Shown: positions 8,673 to 18,591, counted from the stretch's first letter. The stretch: DNA of 64,000 nucleotides from Nanobdellota archaeon (GCA_038046005.1 JBBSXB010000001.1:1-64000); one strand, 5' to 3'. A program made the numbers and translations. The notes: a model not told the origin generated them from the letters alone.

Positions 8673-9245
8673 ATGGCAAAAAAAATAGAAACAACTGAAA
8701 AAATTGAAAGAGAATATATAATTCCGCTTAGAAAGGAAATAGACAAAGTTGCAATATACAGAAGGACAGAAAAGGCAATAAAAGCAATCAAAGAATTCGT
8801 CGTCAGACACATGAAAATAAGAGATAGAGATTTGAAAAAAGTGAAAATTGACAAATATCTGAATGAAGCAATGTGGACAAGAGGGATTAAAAATCCTGTT
8901 CATAAAATAAAAGTCAAAGTAATAAAAGAAGGGGAAATTGTCAGAGTTGAGGCTGTAGATTTGCCTAAAAACCTTAAATTCAAAAAATTAAGAGAAGAAA
9001 AGATTAAGAAAGGCGCTGAAGAAATTTCTAAAAAGAAAAAAGCTGAAAAGAAAGCCAGTGAAGAACCAGAAAAAAAGCCTGAAGAAAAACCTGAAGAGGA
9101 AAAGAAAGTTGAGGACGAGAAAAAGGCCTCTGTTGTAGAAGCTGGAAATGAAATGGAAAAAGCTGCCGCAAAACAAATGAAGCATCAAGTTGGCGGAAAG
9201 ACAAAAGAGCCAAAGCATGAGCACAGAATGAGTCTGCAGAAGTAA
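8673..9245 (+). CDS. rpl31e: 50S ribosomal protein eL31 with Lys/Glu-rich C-terminal extension
   Basis: EREYIIPLR, KAIKAIKEFVVRHMK, LNEAMWTRG. Confidence 0.95.
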   Translation: MAKKIETTEKIEREYIIPLRKEIDKVAIYRRTEKAIKAIKEFVVRHMKIRDRDLKKVKIDKYLNEAMWTRGIKNPVHKIKVKVIKEGEIVRVEAVDLPKNLKFKKLREEKIKKGAEEISKKKKAEKKASEEPEKKPEEKPEEEKKVEDEKKASVVEAGNEMEKAAAKQMKHQVGGKTKEPKHEHRMSLQK

Positions 9246-9276
9246 GGTTTATTAATTCTAAATTAATCCAATCTTC

Positions 9277-9678
9277 ATGAAAAAAGTCCTTTGTTTTGGG
9301 ACGTTTGATATCTTACATGAAGGTCATAAAAAGTTTTTAATAGATGCTAAAAAACAAGGAGATTTTCTTATTGCGAATGTTATCAGTGACAAAGCTGTTT
9401 TAGAAAATAAAAAAATAAAACCAATAAACAATCAAAGAAAAAGAGCATTAAATTTGAAAAAATTAAATATCGCAAACAAAATAATAGCAGTTTCAGATGA
9501 TAATACCAAAAATTTCCTATTAATAAAGAACATTAATTCAAAAGTAATCGCTATTGGTTATGATCAAAAATCAAATTTTATAGATGAGCTAAAGAATTTC
9601 TTAAAGAAAGAGGGGCTAAAACCAAGGTATTATGTCTCAAAGGAATTGGGGGGAATTCATTCCAGTCATCTAAGATGA
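9277..9678 (+). CDS. ribL: FAD synthase/cytidylyltransferase family protein
   Basis: GTFDILHEGH, GYDQ, IHSS. Confidence 0.75.
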   Translation: MKKVLCFGTFDILHEGHKKFLIDAKKQGDFLIANVISDKAVLENKKIKPINNQRKRALNLKKLNIANKIIAVSDDNTKNFLLIKNINSKVIAIGYDQKSNFIDELKNFLKKEGLKPRYYVSKELGGIHSSHLR

Positions 9679-9996
9679 TGGGTCTTTCTTAAATCTATTT
9701 GCGTCTCGGCCGTAATGTTTTTCTTGCATAACTTTGTCCTAAGCTTCTTGCAAATTAATTTTCTGGGAATTCGCCATGCAAACTACAGTAAACATAACAT
9801 CTATTAACTCGTCCTGTAATTCTTTTTTAGCCTCGCTGTCTTTCTTTTTCTTTGTACCAAAAAGATGATTAATTTCTCTAGCAACTTCACCAGTTTCTTC
9901 AGCTAATCTTGCAACAATTTCATGTGGCGGCCAATATTTAGGAGTAAATTGAGAAGCCCATTTGTCAACATCATCTTGAATATCTTTTAAGGACAT
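9670..9996 (-). pseudogene. MazG/YpjD-like nucleotide pyrophosphohydrolase with an in-frame TAG
   Basis: RLAEETGEVARE, ELIDV; reading frame continues QEA*DKVMQEKHYGRDANRF past the TAG at 9739-9741. Confidence 0.75.
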
Positions 9997-10033
9997 TTGT
10001 TTATACAGATATTAGGATATTAAAGTTTTTCGC

Positions 10034-10636
10034 TTATTTCAAAACCTTTCCGGTCTCGTTATACCACAAATACAAATCAAGTTCTCCAAGGGAAGTGTTT
10101 GTCTTTTTAGCTAACTCTTTAAGGACGTTTTCTGTTTCAATATATTTTTTGGCAGTCATTGTTTTAGGTTTTTCAATCAATCCATGATTTTCTAAAATGT
10201 CTAAAATATGAAAATCAATTATTGCATAATCCTTAAATCCAACATTTCTTAAAAAATGTGAAGCTTCTTTCATACCAATACCATTTATGTTTTCAACTAA
10301 CTGATTCCTAACATCTGGAGATTTTAAATTAATTTTCTTGAAATTTTCCCTGGCTGAAGAAAGATAGTTTGCCCTGACTGTGTGAAATCTGTAGATTTCT
10401 TTTAGTTTTTTTTGGATTTCTTCTTGACTGCCTTTGAATAAAATATCTCCGAGATGATTTATTGTTTTAATTCCAAGTTCTGCGCTAGTTCCTGCTGTAA
10501 GGATGCAGAAAGCCAATTCTCTAAATAAATCATTGAAGTTTCTAGGAATTTTTTCAAATTCATTCATTCTTTTGTCTATAACCTGGCTGACTTCTTGGCT
10601 TTTCAAATTTTCAACGAGGTTTATTAGAGTGTCCAT
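10034..10636 (-). CDS. ogg: 8-oxoguanine DNA glycosylase/lyase (OGG2)
   Basis: GIGMKEASHFLRNVG, AIIDFHI, LDLYLWY..GKVLK. Confidence 0.95.
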   Translation of the reverse strand: MDTLINLVENLKSQEVSQVIDKRMNEFEKIPRNFNDLFRELAFCILTAGTSAELGIKTINHLGDILFKGSQEEIQKKLKEIYRFHTVRANYLSSARENFKKINLKSPDVRNQLVENINGIGMKEASHFLRNVGFKDYAIIDFHILDILENHGLIEKPKTMTAKKYIETENVLKELAKKTNTSLGELDLYLWYNETGKVLK

Positions 10637-10686
10637 GTTTGTGTGAAAAAGATAAAGTATAAAAATATATTCCTATTTTTTATATA

Positions 10687-10896
10687 ATGGCATTAAACGA
10701 AAAATGTACCATGGACAACCCAGAAAAATTAAGATGGTATAATCTCACTATACCCTTACTTGGCCCAATTTTGTACATGGACAGAAATAGCCCCCCAAAC
10801 GATTTTAAGATTGTTAAAAGGGGTTTGACCTCTGTTATTACAAGTACAGGACTTTTTGGTTTAGTTAGTGCAGGAATTTATTACTGGAATAAATAA
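10687..10896 (+). CDS. Small orphan membrane protein
   Basis: 69 aa with two hydrophobic segments. Confidence 0.5.
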   Translation: MALNEKCTMDNPEKLRWYNLTIPLLGPILYMDRNSPPNDFKIVKRGLTSVITSTGLFGLVSAGIYYWNK

Positions 10897-10897
10897 T

Positions 10898-11509
10898 TCA
10901 TTTTACCTTCTTTATTCCATTTAATAATTTATCTTTCTGCTTTCTTGAAGTGTGAGTTTTTCCGAATCTAACTAAAGTTGCGTTAACTCGACTCCAATAT
11001 TTTTTTGGAAAGAGATTCTTTAAGTCTTCCTCAACTTTATGAGGACTTTTGTTTTTAGTCCAACCTAAATAATTTGAGATGTAATGAACGTGAGTGTCCA
11101 CGCCGAGCCCTGCTTCTCCATGTTCAACTATAAATACGTTTGCCGTTTTTCTTCCAACTCCCGGAAGAGTTATGAGTTCTTCAATTGTTTTAGGAACAAC
11201 TCCATTATATTTCTCTATCAGCATCTTCGCGCAATTTATTATGTTTCTTGATTTGTTTCTGTAGAAATTTACAGGCCTTATTATATTTTGGACAGATTTT
11301 ATATTTGCATTTGCGAGTTTTTTTGCTGTTGGAAATTTTTTAAACAAAATATGTGCAATTTTTATAGTAGTTTCATCCCTTGTTCTTGCCGAAAGAATTA
11401 TTGATATTAATGTTTCATAAGAATTTTTCCATTGTTCTGCTGCTAGCCTCATGTCTCTGCCTTTTTTTGCCAGGATTGTTAATTGTTTCAAGGCTGTTTT
11501 TTGTTCCAT
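10898..11509 (-). CDS. nth: Endonuclease III (lacks the Fe-S motif)
   Basis: ILSART.D, HhH LPGVGRKTANV, VDTHV; no C-terminal Cys cluster. Confidence 0.92.
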   Translation of the reverse strand: MEQKTALKQLTILAKKGRDMRLAAEQWKNSYETLISIILSARTRDETTIKIAHILFKKFPTAKKLANANIKSVQNIIRPVNFYRNKSRNIINCAKMLIEKYNGVVPKTIEELITLPGVGRKTANVFIVEHGEAGLGVDTHVHYISNYLGWTKNKSPHKVEEDLKNLFPKKYWSRVNATLVRFGKTHTSRKQKDKLLNGIKKVK

Positions 11510-11541
11510 GAATTTAAAAACTATACATAATTTTTATATTT

Positions 11542-12243
11542 ATGCTAGATGAATTACTGAAAGAAATAAATTCAAAAGCTGACAAAAAACGGGCGGAAAA
11601 TTTACAGAGATTTTTTAAAACTGGGCTGGGAGAATATGGAGAAGGAGATGTTTTTCTTGGAATTAAAGTTCCCTTACAAAGAGAGATAGCTAAAAAATAT
11701 ATTGGGTTGAGTTTAACAAAGATACAAGAACTTCTAAAAAGCAAGATTCATGAGCATAGATTAATTGCATTGTTGATTCTTGTTGAGAAATTCAAAAAAG
11801 GAAGCGAAACTGAAAAAGGAGACATTTTTAATTTATATTTGAAAAATACAAAATACATCAATAATTGGGATTTGGTTGATTTATCTTCTCATAAGATTGT
11901 TGGAGAGTTTTTGGTAGATAAGAAAAGAGATATTTTATACAAACTAGCTAGCTCAAATGATTTGTGGGAAAAAAGAATATCGATGATTTCAACTTTTGCC
12001 TATATAAAGAATGAAGATTTTAATGATGCATTAAGAATTTCTGAGATTTTATTAGAAGATAAGCGCGATTTGATAAATAAAGCGGTTGGTTGGGTGCTAA
12101 GAGAAATTGGTAAGAAAAACCAAAAAATCCTTGAGGATTTTTTAAAGAAACATTACAAAGATATTTCTCGAACAACTTTGAGATATGCTATTGAAAGATT
12201 CCCTGAAAAATTAAAGAAGAAATATTTTGGTGGAGAGATTTAA
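11542..12243 (+). CDS. DNA alkylation repair protein (AlkD-like)
   Basis: FFKTG..EGDVFLGI, INNWDLVD, KAVGWVLREIGK, RTTLRYAIE. Confidence 0.9.
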   Translation: MLDELLKEINSKADKKRAENLQRFFKTGLGEYGEGDVFLGIKVPLQREIAKKYIGLSLTKIQELLKSKIHEHRLIALLILVEKFKKGSETEKGDIFNLYLKNTKYINNWDLVDLSSHKIVGEFLVDKKRDILYKLASSNDLWEKRISMISTFAYIKNEDFNDALRISEILLEDKRDLINKAVGWVLREIGKKNQKILEDFLKKHYKDISRTTLRYAIERFPEKLKKKYFGGEI

Positions 12244-13112
12244 TGCAACGGCCTTTTCTTTAAGACCCCCCCATGGGCTGCTTTTATTCCATGCTCTATG
12301 ACTACTGCATTAGGATCAATTGCTATGATATTGTTTTTGACTTTTAAGGTTTCAAGCCTTGTTACAACTGTAAAAACTATGTCTTGGTTGCTGTCACCAT
12401 TATACCCTCTTTTACCTTGATAAATTGTCACACCTTTCCCAAGATCTTTAACAAGAGCTTTTCTGATTTCTTCGCTTTTCTCAGAGATGATTGTTATTCC
12501 GATGTATTCCTCGATTCCCTGTATGAAAAAATCAACCGTTTTGTAGGCAACTAAATATGTCAAAAGGGAATAAAGCGCTTTCTCTATGCCTAAAGAAATA
12601 GCGGCAAAAGAAAATATTATGACATTGATTATGAATATTATTTCTCCGACAGTTAAGTTTATTTTTTTACTTAAATAAACAGACAAAACCTCTGTTCCGT
12701 CAAGAACACTTCCGCCCCTTACAGACAGTCCAACACCTGCACCAAGCAAAAAACCGCCGAATACTGCAACAAGAATTTTATCTGAAGTAATGACTGGATA
12801 GTTCACGAAGACCAGACAAAGAGAAAGTCCCATAATAGCAACAAATGTTTTTATCGCAAAGTTTTTGCTAATTTGTTTAATTGCTAAATAGATAAAAGGA
12901 AGATTAAAAAGAAATATTAGAATGGAGACTGAAATAGGAGTTAAAAAAGAAACAAGAAGGGAAACTCCTGTGATTCCCCCATCAATGAACCCATTTGGAA
13001 TAAGAAATCCCTTTAATCCAAATCCTGCAGCCGCAATTCCAAGAATAATCAAGAAATATTCCTTGATTGTGTTGAACACCCATCTAAAAACACCTACTTT
13101 TCTAAAATCCAT
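12240..13112 (-). CDS. YitT-family membrane protein
   Basis: DGGITGVS, GGSVLDGTE, GVT..IDPNA. Confidence 0.9.
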   Translation of the reverse strand: MDFRKVGVFRWVFNTIKEYFLIILGIAAAGFGLKGFLIPNGFIDGGITGVSLLVSFLTPISVSILIFLFNLPFIYLAIKQISKNFAIKTFVAIMGLSLCLVFVNYPVITSDKILVAVFGGFLLGAGVGLSVRGGSVLDGTEVLSVYLSKKINLTVGEIIFIINVIIFSFAAISLGIEKALYSLLTYLVAYKTVDFFIQGIEEYIGITIISEKSEEIRKALVKDLGKGVTIYQGKRGYNGDSNQDIVFTVVTRLETLKVKNNIIAIDPNAVVIEHGIKAAHGGVLKKRPLH

Positions 13113-13155
13113 GTATTATAACAAGATTTATAATTTTTAAATTTTGTTTATTAAT

Positions 13156-14040
13156 ATGAAAACCATAGAAAACATAAAATCAAAGAAAACAATTAAAGAA
13201 TTGCTAGAGTTTGGCATTATAAACATTGACAAGCCTTCTGGGCCAACAAGTTTTGATGTTTCCGAGTTTGTCATGAAAACACTAGGATTGCGAAAAACTT
13301 CACATTTTGGAACTTTAGATCCTCAAGTGACGGGAGTTTTGCCTATTGCATTAAATAGAGCGTGCAAACTTACTGGATTTTTTCTTGGAGAAGACAAAGA
13401 GTATGTTGGAATTATGAGGGTTCATGAAGATACTGAAATGGAAAAAATTCAGAGCATAATAAACAAAAAATTCTTGGGAAAAATAACACAAAAGCCTCCC
13501 GTAAAATCCAGAGTGAAAAGAGTTGAAAGAGAAAGAGAGATAAAAAAATTTAGGCTGTTAGAGCAAGATGGAAAAGACATTTTGTTTGAGGTTGAATGTC
13601 AAGGAGGAACGTACATAAGAAAACTTATAGATGATTTGGGAAAAGATATTGGCGGGGCACATATGTTAGAATTAAGGAGAGCTCGTGCTGGAATTTTCAG
13701 AGAAGAAGATAGAAATTATCCAGTTGTAAATTTGTATGATTTCGAAAAAGCTGCTAAAGAATATAAAAAAGGTGATGAAAAACTATTAAGAAAAATAATA
13801 ATTCCAGGGGAAGTTGTCAGCTTAGTTTATCTTGTGGTTGAGATAGAAGAAGAAAGCGTTGGGAGAATTTTAAAGGGCCAGCCAATCTACAAAAAAAATC
13901 TGGTGAAAAAGGCTGATTTTGAAAAGGACAAAATCATTTGTGTCTTCAGCAAAGATAGGTTTATAGGTATGTTTAAAGTTATCAATCAAGGAGAATTTTT
14001 TGCAAGAAGTGAGTTTACTTTGCAGGAGATAAAAGCGTAG
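13156..14040 (+). CDS. cbf5: tRNA/RNA-guided pseudouridine synthase Cbf5
   Basis: IDKPSGPTS, HFGTLDP, GTYIRKL, ELRR, PUA-like tail. Confidence 0.95.
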   Translation: MKTIENIKSKKTIKELLEFGIINIDKPSGPTSFDVSEFVMKTLGLRKTSHFGTLDPQVTGVLPIALNRACKLTGFFLGEDKEYVGIMRVHEDTEMEKIQSIINKKFLGKITQKPPVKSRVKRVEREREIKKFRLLEQDGKDILFEVECQGGTYIRKLIDDLGKDIGGAHMLELRRARAGIFREEDRNYPVVNLYDFEKAAKEYKKGDEKLLRKIIIPGEVVSLVYLVVEIEEESVGRILKGQPIYKKNLVKKADFEKDKIICVFSKDRFIGMFKVINQGEFFARSEFTLQEIKA

Positions 14041-14274
14041 AGTGTTAGTTTCTTCTGAATACCTGGAGGAATTGAGTCTTAGTGCAACGATGTCGAAGGC
14101 AAAAATTCAAAGTCTGCTAGAGTAAATTAAAGTTAGTAAAATTAGGGGCTGGTTCGATAGTATATTTGGGGTTTTAGATATCAACGAGAATTTTTTGCTT
14201 CTTTTTTTCCTAAAAAAAGAAAATGGGGGAGTTCTATCACAAACATTTTTATATCTTAAATTTGTTAATTGTTT

Positions 14275-14497
14275 ATGGTAAATTGTCCAGTTTGTAAAAA
14301 TCCACCACCTTTTTTTAGGTGGGCAACAAGTTTTAAGCAAGTTATGTGGGGCGGTTGGACTTGTGGGTATTGTAAAAGGGAATTTGATAAAGAGAAATGA
14401 AAAGGGGTTAAAAGAATACGAAGATAGTCTATACAAAGAAGAATATCTTAAAGAAAAAGCAAGATTACAAGCGCGAAAGGAATATAAGAAAAAATAA
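14275..14497 (+). pseudogene. Small zinc-ribbon protein, probably frameshifted near 14395
   Basis: MVNCPVC...MWGGWTCGYCKREFDK, stop at 14400; a charged helical tail continues in the +1 frame to 14497. Confidence 0.45.
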
Positions 14498-14527
14498 ATT
14501 ATTTAATACTCCTCTTTCTTAGTAAAA

Positions 14528-15064
14528 ATGATTATGGAAAAAACTAGATATTCTGAATGGATTGATAATTCTATTGGCTTAATGCACATTGAAATGCTTT
14601 TGGTCGGAAATGCTCAAGGATTGGGTATATTGGATGTGGATTTAATTGAAGAATTTACAAAATTAAAAATAAATTCTCAATTGGATGAAGACCGTCTAAA
14701 AAAACTTAGACATATTACTCTCTCAGAATTATGGGTAATGGGGGCTTATGAATTAATTAGATTAATAAATGAAATAAATAAACAAAGAAATTTTCTCAAA
14801 GAAAACACAAAAGAGAAACTTAAGAAAACTCTAACCATTTTTACAGAGGTTAGGATTCCCTTAACCAAATTTCAAAAACAAGGTAAAGAAAAAAGATTAT
14901 ATTCTAAAATAGCGACAAAAAATATTTTTGACCCGTATAAAGGTGTTGGATGGAATTTTTATGATGGAAAAAATAAAGAAATATTTTATCGTAAAGATTT
15001 AGGAGATTTATTTTTAGAATTGTTAAAAGAAATAAAGAATGATGTTTTGGGAAGTGCCCAATGA
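14528..15064 (+). CDS. Hypothetical helical protein
   Basis: 178-aa ORF with upstream TATA-like element. Confidence 0.7.
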   Translation: MIMEKTRYSEWIDNSIGLMHIEMLLVGNAQGLGILDVDLIEEFTKLKINSQLDEDRLKKLRHITLSELWVMGAYELIRLINEINKQRNFLKENTKEKLKKTLTIFTEVRIPLTKFQKQGKEKRLYSKIATKNIFDPYKGVGWNFYDGKNKEIFYRKDLGDLFLELLKEIKNDVLGSAQ

Positions 15065-15224
15065 ATAAATTTCAGCTAAGCCGACTATCTATCCAAAGGA
15101 TTAGGAACTCCTCCTGAATAAATAGAAAAATTTGAGTGAAGCGAAGCGTAATCGTTTAAGAAAATATGCCGAGAAGCATCTCAACCAAAAGTAATATATA
15201 AATAATGTCTTTTCTTGGATTTTT

Positions 15225-15806
15225 ATGAAACACTTCATATATTTTTCAAAAAGTGCTAGAACATCTGGGAACTTTGATACTAGCAGATTAATGGATGCTG
15301 GAAGAATGGATATTGCAATACACAGTTTTATACAAGGAGTTTTTCTAAGTCATGACTTCAGGAAAGACGTTAAATTTCATTTTGTTTTTTATGGAAGCCC
15401 TGATCCGCCAAAACACATTGAAATACAAGTAAAAGATGATCTTGAAATATCTAAAAAAGATGTTGCAAATTTAATAAAGAAACTTTTGTATAAATACAAG
15501 CCCGGACAGAAAAACGAGGCTCTTCCTGGCTGTTTTATTGAAAAAAAAGGTTTTTTGCCTTTAGTTGAGCAGCTTAAAGATGAAGGGTGTGAAATTTTTA
15601 TTCTCGATAAAAAAGGAGAAGATATAAGAAAAGCTGAAATTTCGAAAGAGCCTGTTTTTATTTTAGGAGACCAAGATGGGTTGCCAAAGAAAGAGTTGAA
15701 GAGGTTAAAGCAAATTGCAACTCCTGTGACGGTGGGCCCTAAAATTTATTTTGCTTCTCAAGTCGTTGCAATAGTCAATAATGAAATGGACAGAAGAGAA
15801 CAATAA
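15225..15806 (+). CDS. trmY: tRNA (pseudouridine54-N1)-methyltransferase (SPOUT)
   Basis: AGRMD, FLSHDFR, FILGDQDG, VGPKIYFASQ..NEMD. Confidence 0.9.
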   Translation: MKHFIYFSKSARTSGNFDTSRLMDAGRMDIAIHSFIQGVFLSHDFRKDVKFHFVFYGSPDPPKHIEIQVKDDLEISKKDVANLIKKLLYKYKPGQKNEALPGCFIEKKGFLPLVEQLKDEGCEIFILDKKGEDIRKAEISKEPVFILGDQDGLPKKELKRLKQIATPVTVGPKIYFASQVVAIVNNEMDRREQ

Positions 15807-15838
15807 TTTTTATAGATTAGCAAATTAAATATATTAAA

Positions 15839-16030
15839 ATGATAAATCTAGGCGAAAAATGTTCGGCGCCAGACTGTGATTACAAAATCACTAAAAAAGG
15901 TGCAATAGACCATAAAGGAAGAATGTATTGTTGCGGAGAGTGTGCATATATAATTCTTTCAGGAGAGGGGGAAGAATCTCCTATAGATTGTTTTAACCAG
16001 ATAAGCCTTGTAAAAGACAAATATGTCTAA
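15839..16030 (+). CDS. Small Cys-rich putative metal-binding orphan
   Basis: C-x4-C ... YCCGEC. Confidence 0.55.
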   Translation: MINLGEKCSAPDCDYKITKKGAIDHKGRMYCCGECAYIILSGEGEESPIDCFNQISLVKDKYV

Positions 16031-16473
16031 TGTCTTTTATATTTCCATCTTGCGACGGCCCAGGTTACAAAAACAACAAAGATAGAAAAAACAATTGCAT
16101 AAATCATTGTGTTAACCCAATTATCAAACGCTATAACTCCAATCAAGCCAAAAACAATCACTGCGGTGAGCATTATTGTTGAGGTAACCTTTAAGGGGAT
16201 TATTGATTGATGACCCCTATTTTCATCTATAATTTTTTGTATTCTCCTTACATTTATTATTCCTGCAAAAAAACCTATCCAGCTGAAAAGCAAGGCAAAA
16301 CCAACGTGAAATATGTTTGTTATAAAACTAAAAAAGCTGCAGTATGAAATTTTATCTATGCTGACAACACATTTCAAACCCCCAGAATCGTGTCCCACAA
16401 CAGATAATATAATCCACAACCCTATAAATGTTATAATAAAACCTATAAGACCGCCCTTTATTCTTTGATTCAT
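16027..16473 (-). CDS. Membrane protein, hypothetical
   Basis: About four TM segments. Confidence 0.7.
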   Translation of the reverse strand: MNQRIKGGLIGFIITFIGLWIILSVVGHDSGGLKCVVSIDKISYCSFFSFITNIFHVGFALLFSWIGFFAGIINVRRIQKIIDENRGHQSIIPLKVTSTIMLTAVIVFGLIGVIAFDNWVNTMIYAIVFSIFVVFVTWAVARWKYKRH

Positions 16474-16554
16474 GTTTTAAGAAGATAAATATTATATTTA
16501 AGGGTTTTGGAGAAGTATCAAAACTTTTAATAATCACAAAACCTTTCCTTTTTT

Positions 16555-16830
16555 ATGAAGAAATCAGTTAGATTATATGTTGACGGAATAGTCCAAGGTA
16601 TATTTTATAGGGCTTTTGTAAAAGAGAATGCTGAAAGATATAATGTTAAAGGTTTTGTTAGAAACCTTGAGGATGGACGAGTTGAGGTTTTCTTGGAAGG
16701 AGCTACGGATGATGTCAAAAAGATGATTGAGTTGTGTGAAAAAGGGCCAAAAAATACCCAGGTCAAAGGTGTAGAAGTAAAAGAAGAAAAATTCCAGAGT
16801 TTTAAAGAGTTTAAGGTTTTGCATATTTGA
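16555..16830 (+). CDS. acyP: Acylphosphatase
   Basis: GIVQGIFYR, GFVRNLEDGRVE, GP. Confidence 0.95.
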   Translation: MKKSVRLYVDGIVQGIFYRAFVKENAERYNVKGFVRNLEDGRVEVFLEGATDDVKKMIELCEKGPKNTQVKGVEVKEEKFQSFKEFKVLHI

Positions 16831-16892
16831 TGTTATACTTCTTAAGGAGTGACAATCGAAAGGTTTTTAAATAGTTGAAATTTATAGAAAAA

Positions 16893-17561
16893 ATGGCAAA
16901 CACATCAGATTCTGAAAATAGAAGGATGATTTTACAAGAGACAAATCCAGCAAGAGCTGGAGGAATAAAAGAAACTCCTAGAGAAGCTACTAATACAATA
17001 AATCCAATAACGGGAAAGCCTTATCATGATGGTCCTGGTTTTGATAACTGGATGACTCCTTACTTAGAAGCAGAAATGAGATTAGATAGTAGTAGAAACC
17101 AAAGTGAAGACAAGAAAATATACTTCACACCAATTAACAAGTATAATAAAATAGGAAAAGAAATAGAAAGTTACAAACCAACAACCAACGATTTCATAGA
17201 TTATCAATTGGCTTTAGTTAAAATGGACGTAAGAGATGGAAAAATGCTGGCACATCAATATTTCTACCAAAAAGGATTGATTGAGGAATTAGTTGGAAGA
17301 ATGAATGAAGGAGATGTTCCTTTGGGTTTAATTTCAAATCCAGAAGGATTAGATAATGGATTAGGAGAAATTGAATGGGAAAGAAGAAGAGAACTTTATA
17401 AAAATAATTTAGAATTACGGTCAAATAAACTCATTAAGAAAGAGTATCTCTTTCCAGAAAATCTTAAGGAAATAGAAATTGGACCAATAAATAGATTATA
17501 TAAGTATAACAGTCTTGAAGAGATAGTCACTATGCCAAAAAGCAAGGAAAGATGGAAGTAA
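16893..17561 (+). CDS. Orphan hypothetical protein
   Basis: Long ORF; ATG at 16893 follows a TTTTTAAA box. Confidence 0.65.
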   Translation: MANTSDSENRRMILQETNPARAGGIKETPREATNTINPITGKPYHDGPGFDNWMTPYLEAEMRLDSSRNQSEDKKIYFTPINKYNKIGKEIESYKPTTNDFIDYQLALVKMDVRDGKMLAHQYFYQKGLIEELVGRMNEGDVPLGLISNPEGLDNGLGEIEWERRRELYKNNLELRSNKLIKKEYLFPENLKEIEIGPINRLYKYNSLEEIVTMPKSKERWK

Positions 17562-17610
17562 ATTAATTTTCCTCCACTAATTATAAAAATGCTTTTTCTT
17601 TGTGTGTTTC

Positions 17611-18156
17611 ATGATAAATCTAAGCCAAATAGCAAGAGAATCGAACAGGCCCCTATTTGAAAAAATAAAAGACTCTATTGCTCCAGAAGTATATATTGCA
17701 AGCAACGTTGCAGATTATAAATTTAATATGATTAGTATACCTAAGCCTTTGTTTAATAATATTGGGATCTTAGACCGGAATGTTTATTCATTAATTCTTT
17801 TTTATAATGTTGGAATAGATTGTGTTGAAAATAAAGAAGGAGAAGAATTTGCCAAAGTTAAAATACATGACAAAACTGGAACTAAAATTGCTTCGTGGTC
17901 CAATAGCAATGGAACTTTTCCGGCTGAGAGGCATTATACAGATATGTTAAATTCAGATGAGATTAAGGAAAAAGATTGGGTTTATAGGCTGCTAGCAAGG
18001 CATGTTTTTGATGAAGATGGATCTGTTCTTTTTGTGGCAGATGTTAAAAAAACCAAATTTACAAATAAAAAAACCGAAAAAAGTCCGCTAATAGAGAGAA
18101 TTAATGCTCTGATCCCACAAGTAAATCCTGGACTTTTACCTCAAGGAGCACATTAA
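17611..18156 (+). CDS. Orphan hypothetical protein
   Basis: ATG at 17611 follows a TTATAAAA box. Confidence 0.65.
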   Translation: MINLSQIARESNRPLFEKIKDSIAPEVYIASNVADYKFNMISIPKPLFNNIGILDRNVYSLILFYNVGIDCVENKEGEEFAKVKIHDKTGTKIASWSNSNGTFPAERHYTDMLNSDEIKEKDWVYRLLARHVFDEDGSVLFVADVKKTKFTNKKTEKSPLIERINALIPQVNPGLLPQGAH

Positions 18157-18158
18157 AA

Positions 18159-18557
18159 ATGATATTTACAAATTCTGACGGCGGCGCTCGTGGAAATCCT
18201 GGACCAGGAGCGATTGGGGTAATTGTCAGAGATGATGACAAAATCCTCATAAAATATGCCGGAAGGATTGGAGACAATGTAACAAACAACATTGCAGAAT
18301 ATGAAGCATTGATTAAAGCTTTGGAATTAGCCTCAAAATTAGGAAAAGAAGTAACATGCTTTTTAGATTCAGAACTTGTTGTCAATCAATTGCTTGGAAA
18401 ATACAAGGTAAAAAATCCTGCCCTGTTGCAACTTTTTCTAAAAGTCCAAAAAATGCAAGATAAGTTTGATAAAATAAATTATGCCTATGTATCAAGATGG
18501 AATAAATATCAGTTGGTAGTTGATGAGATATTAAATGAGGAATTTGACAAAGGTTAA
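18159..18557 (+). CDS. rnhA: Ribonuclease HI
   Basis: DGGARGNPG, TNNIAEYEAL, DSELVV, N...D. Confidence 0.93.
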   Translation: MIFTNSDGGARGNPGPGAIGVIVRDDDKILIKYAGRIGDNVTNNIAEYEALIKALELASKLGKEVTCFLDSELVVNQLLGKYKVKNPALLQLFLKVQKMQDKFDKINYAYVSRWNKYQLVVDEILNEEFDKG

Positions 18558-18591
18558 AAAATATTAAATACTTTTGTTATTTTGTTGTCTA

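Noticed and set aside
9739-9741. Genome-wide amber reassignment
   Set aside because: TAG ends well-conserved genes at their normal C-termini (rbcL, cbf5, PCNA, ftsZ)
14528-15064. HEPN-like toxin assignment
   Set aside because: Helical and accessory, but no clear R-x4-6-H motif; cannot be supported without a profile search
16831-16854. Hairpin ACTTC-TTAA-GGAGT resembling part of the spt5 leader
   Set aside because: Short AT-rich match, likely chance or a local terminator
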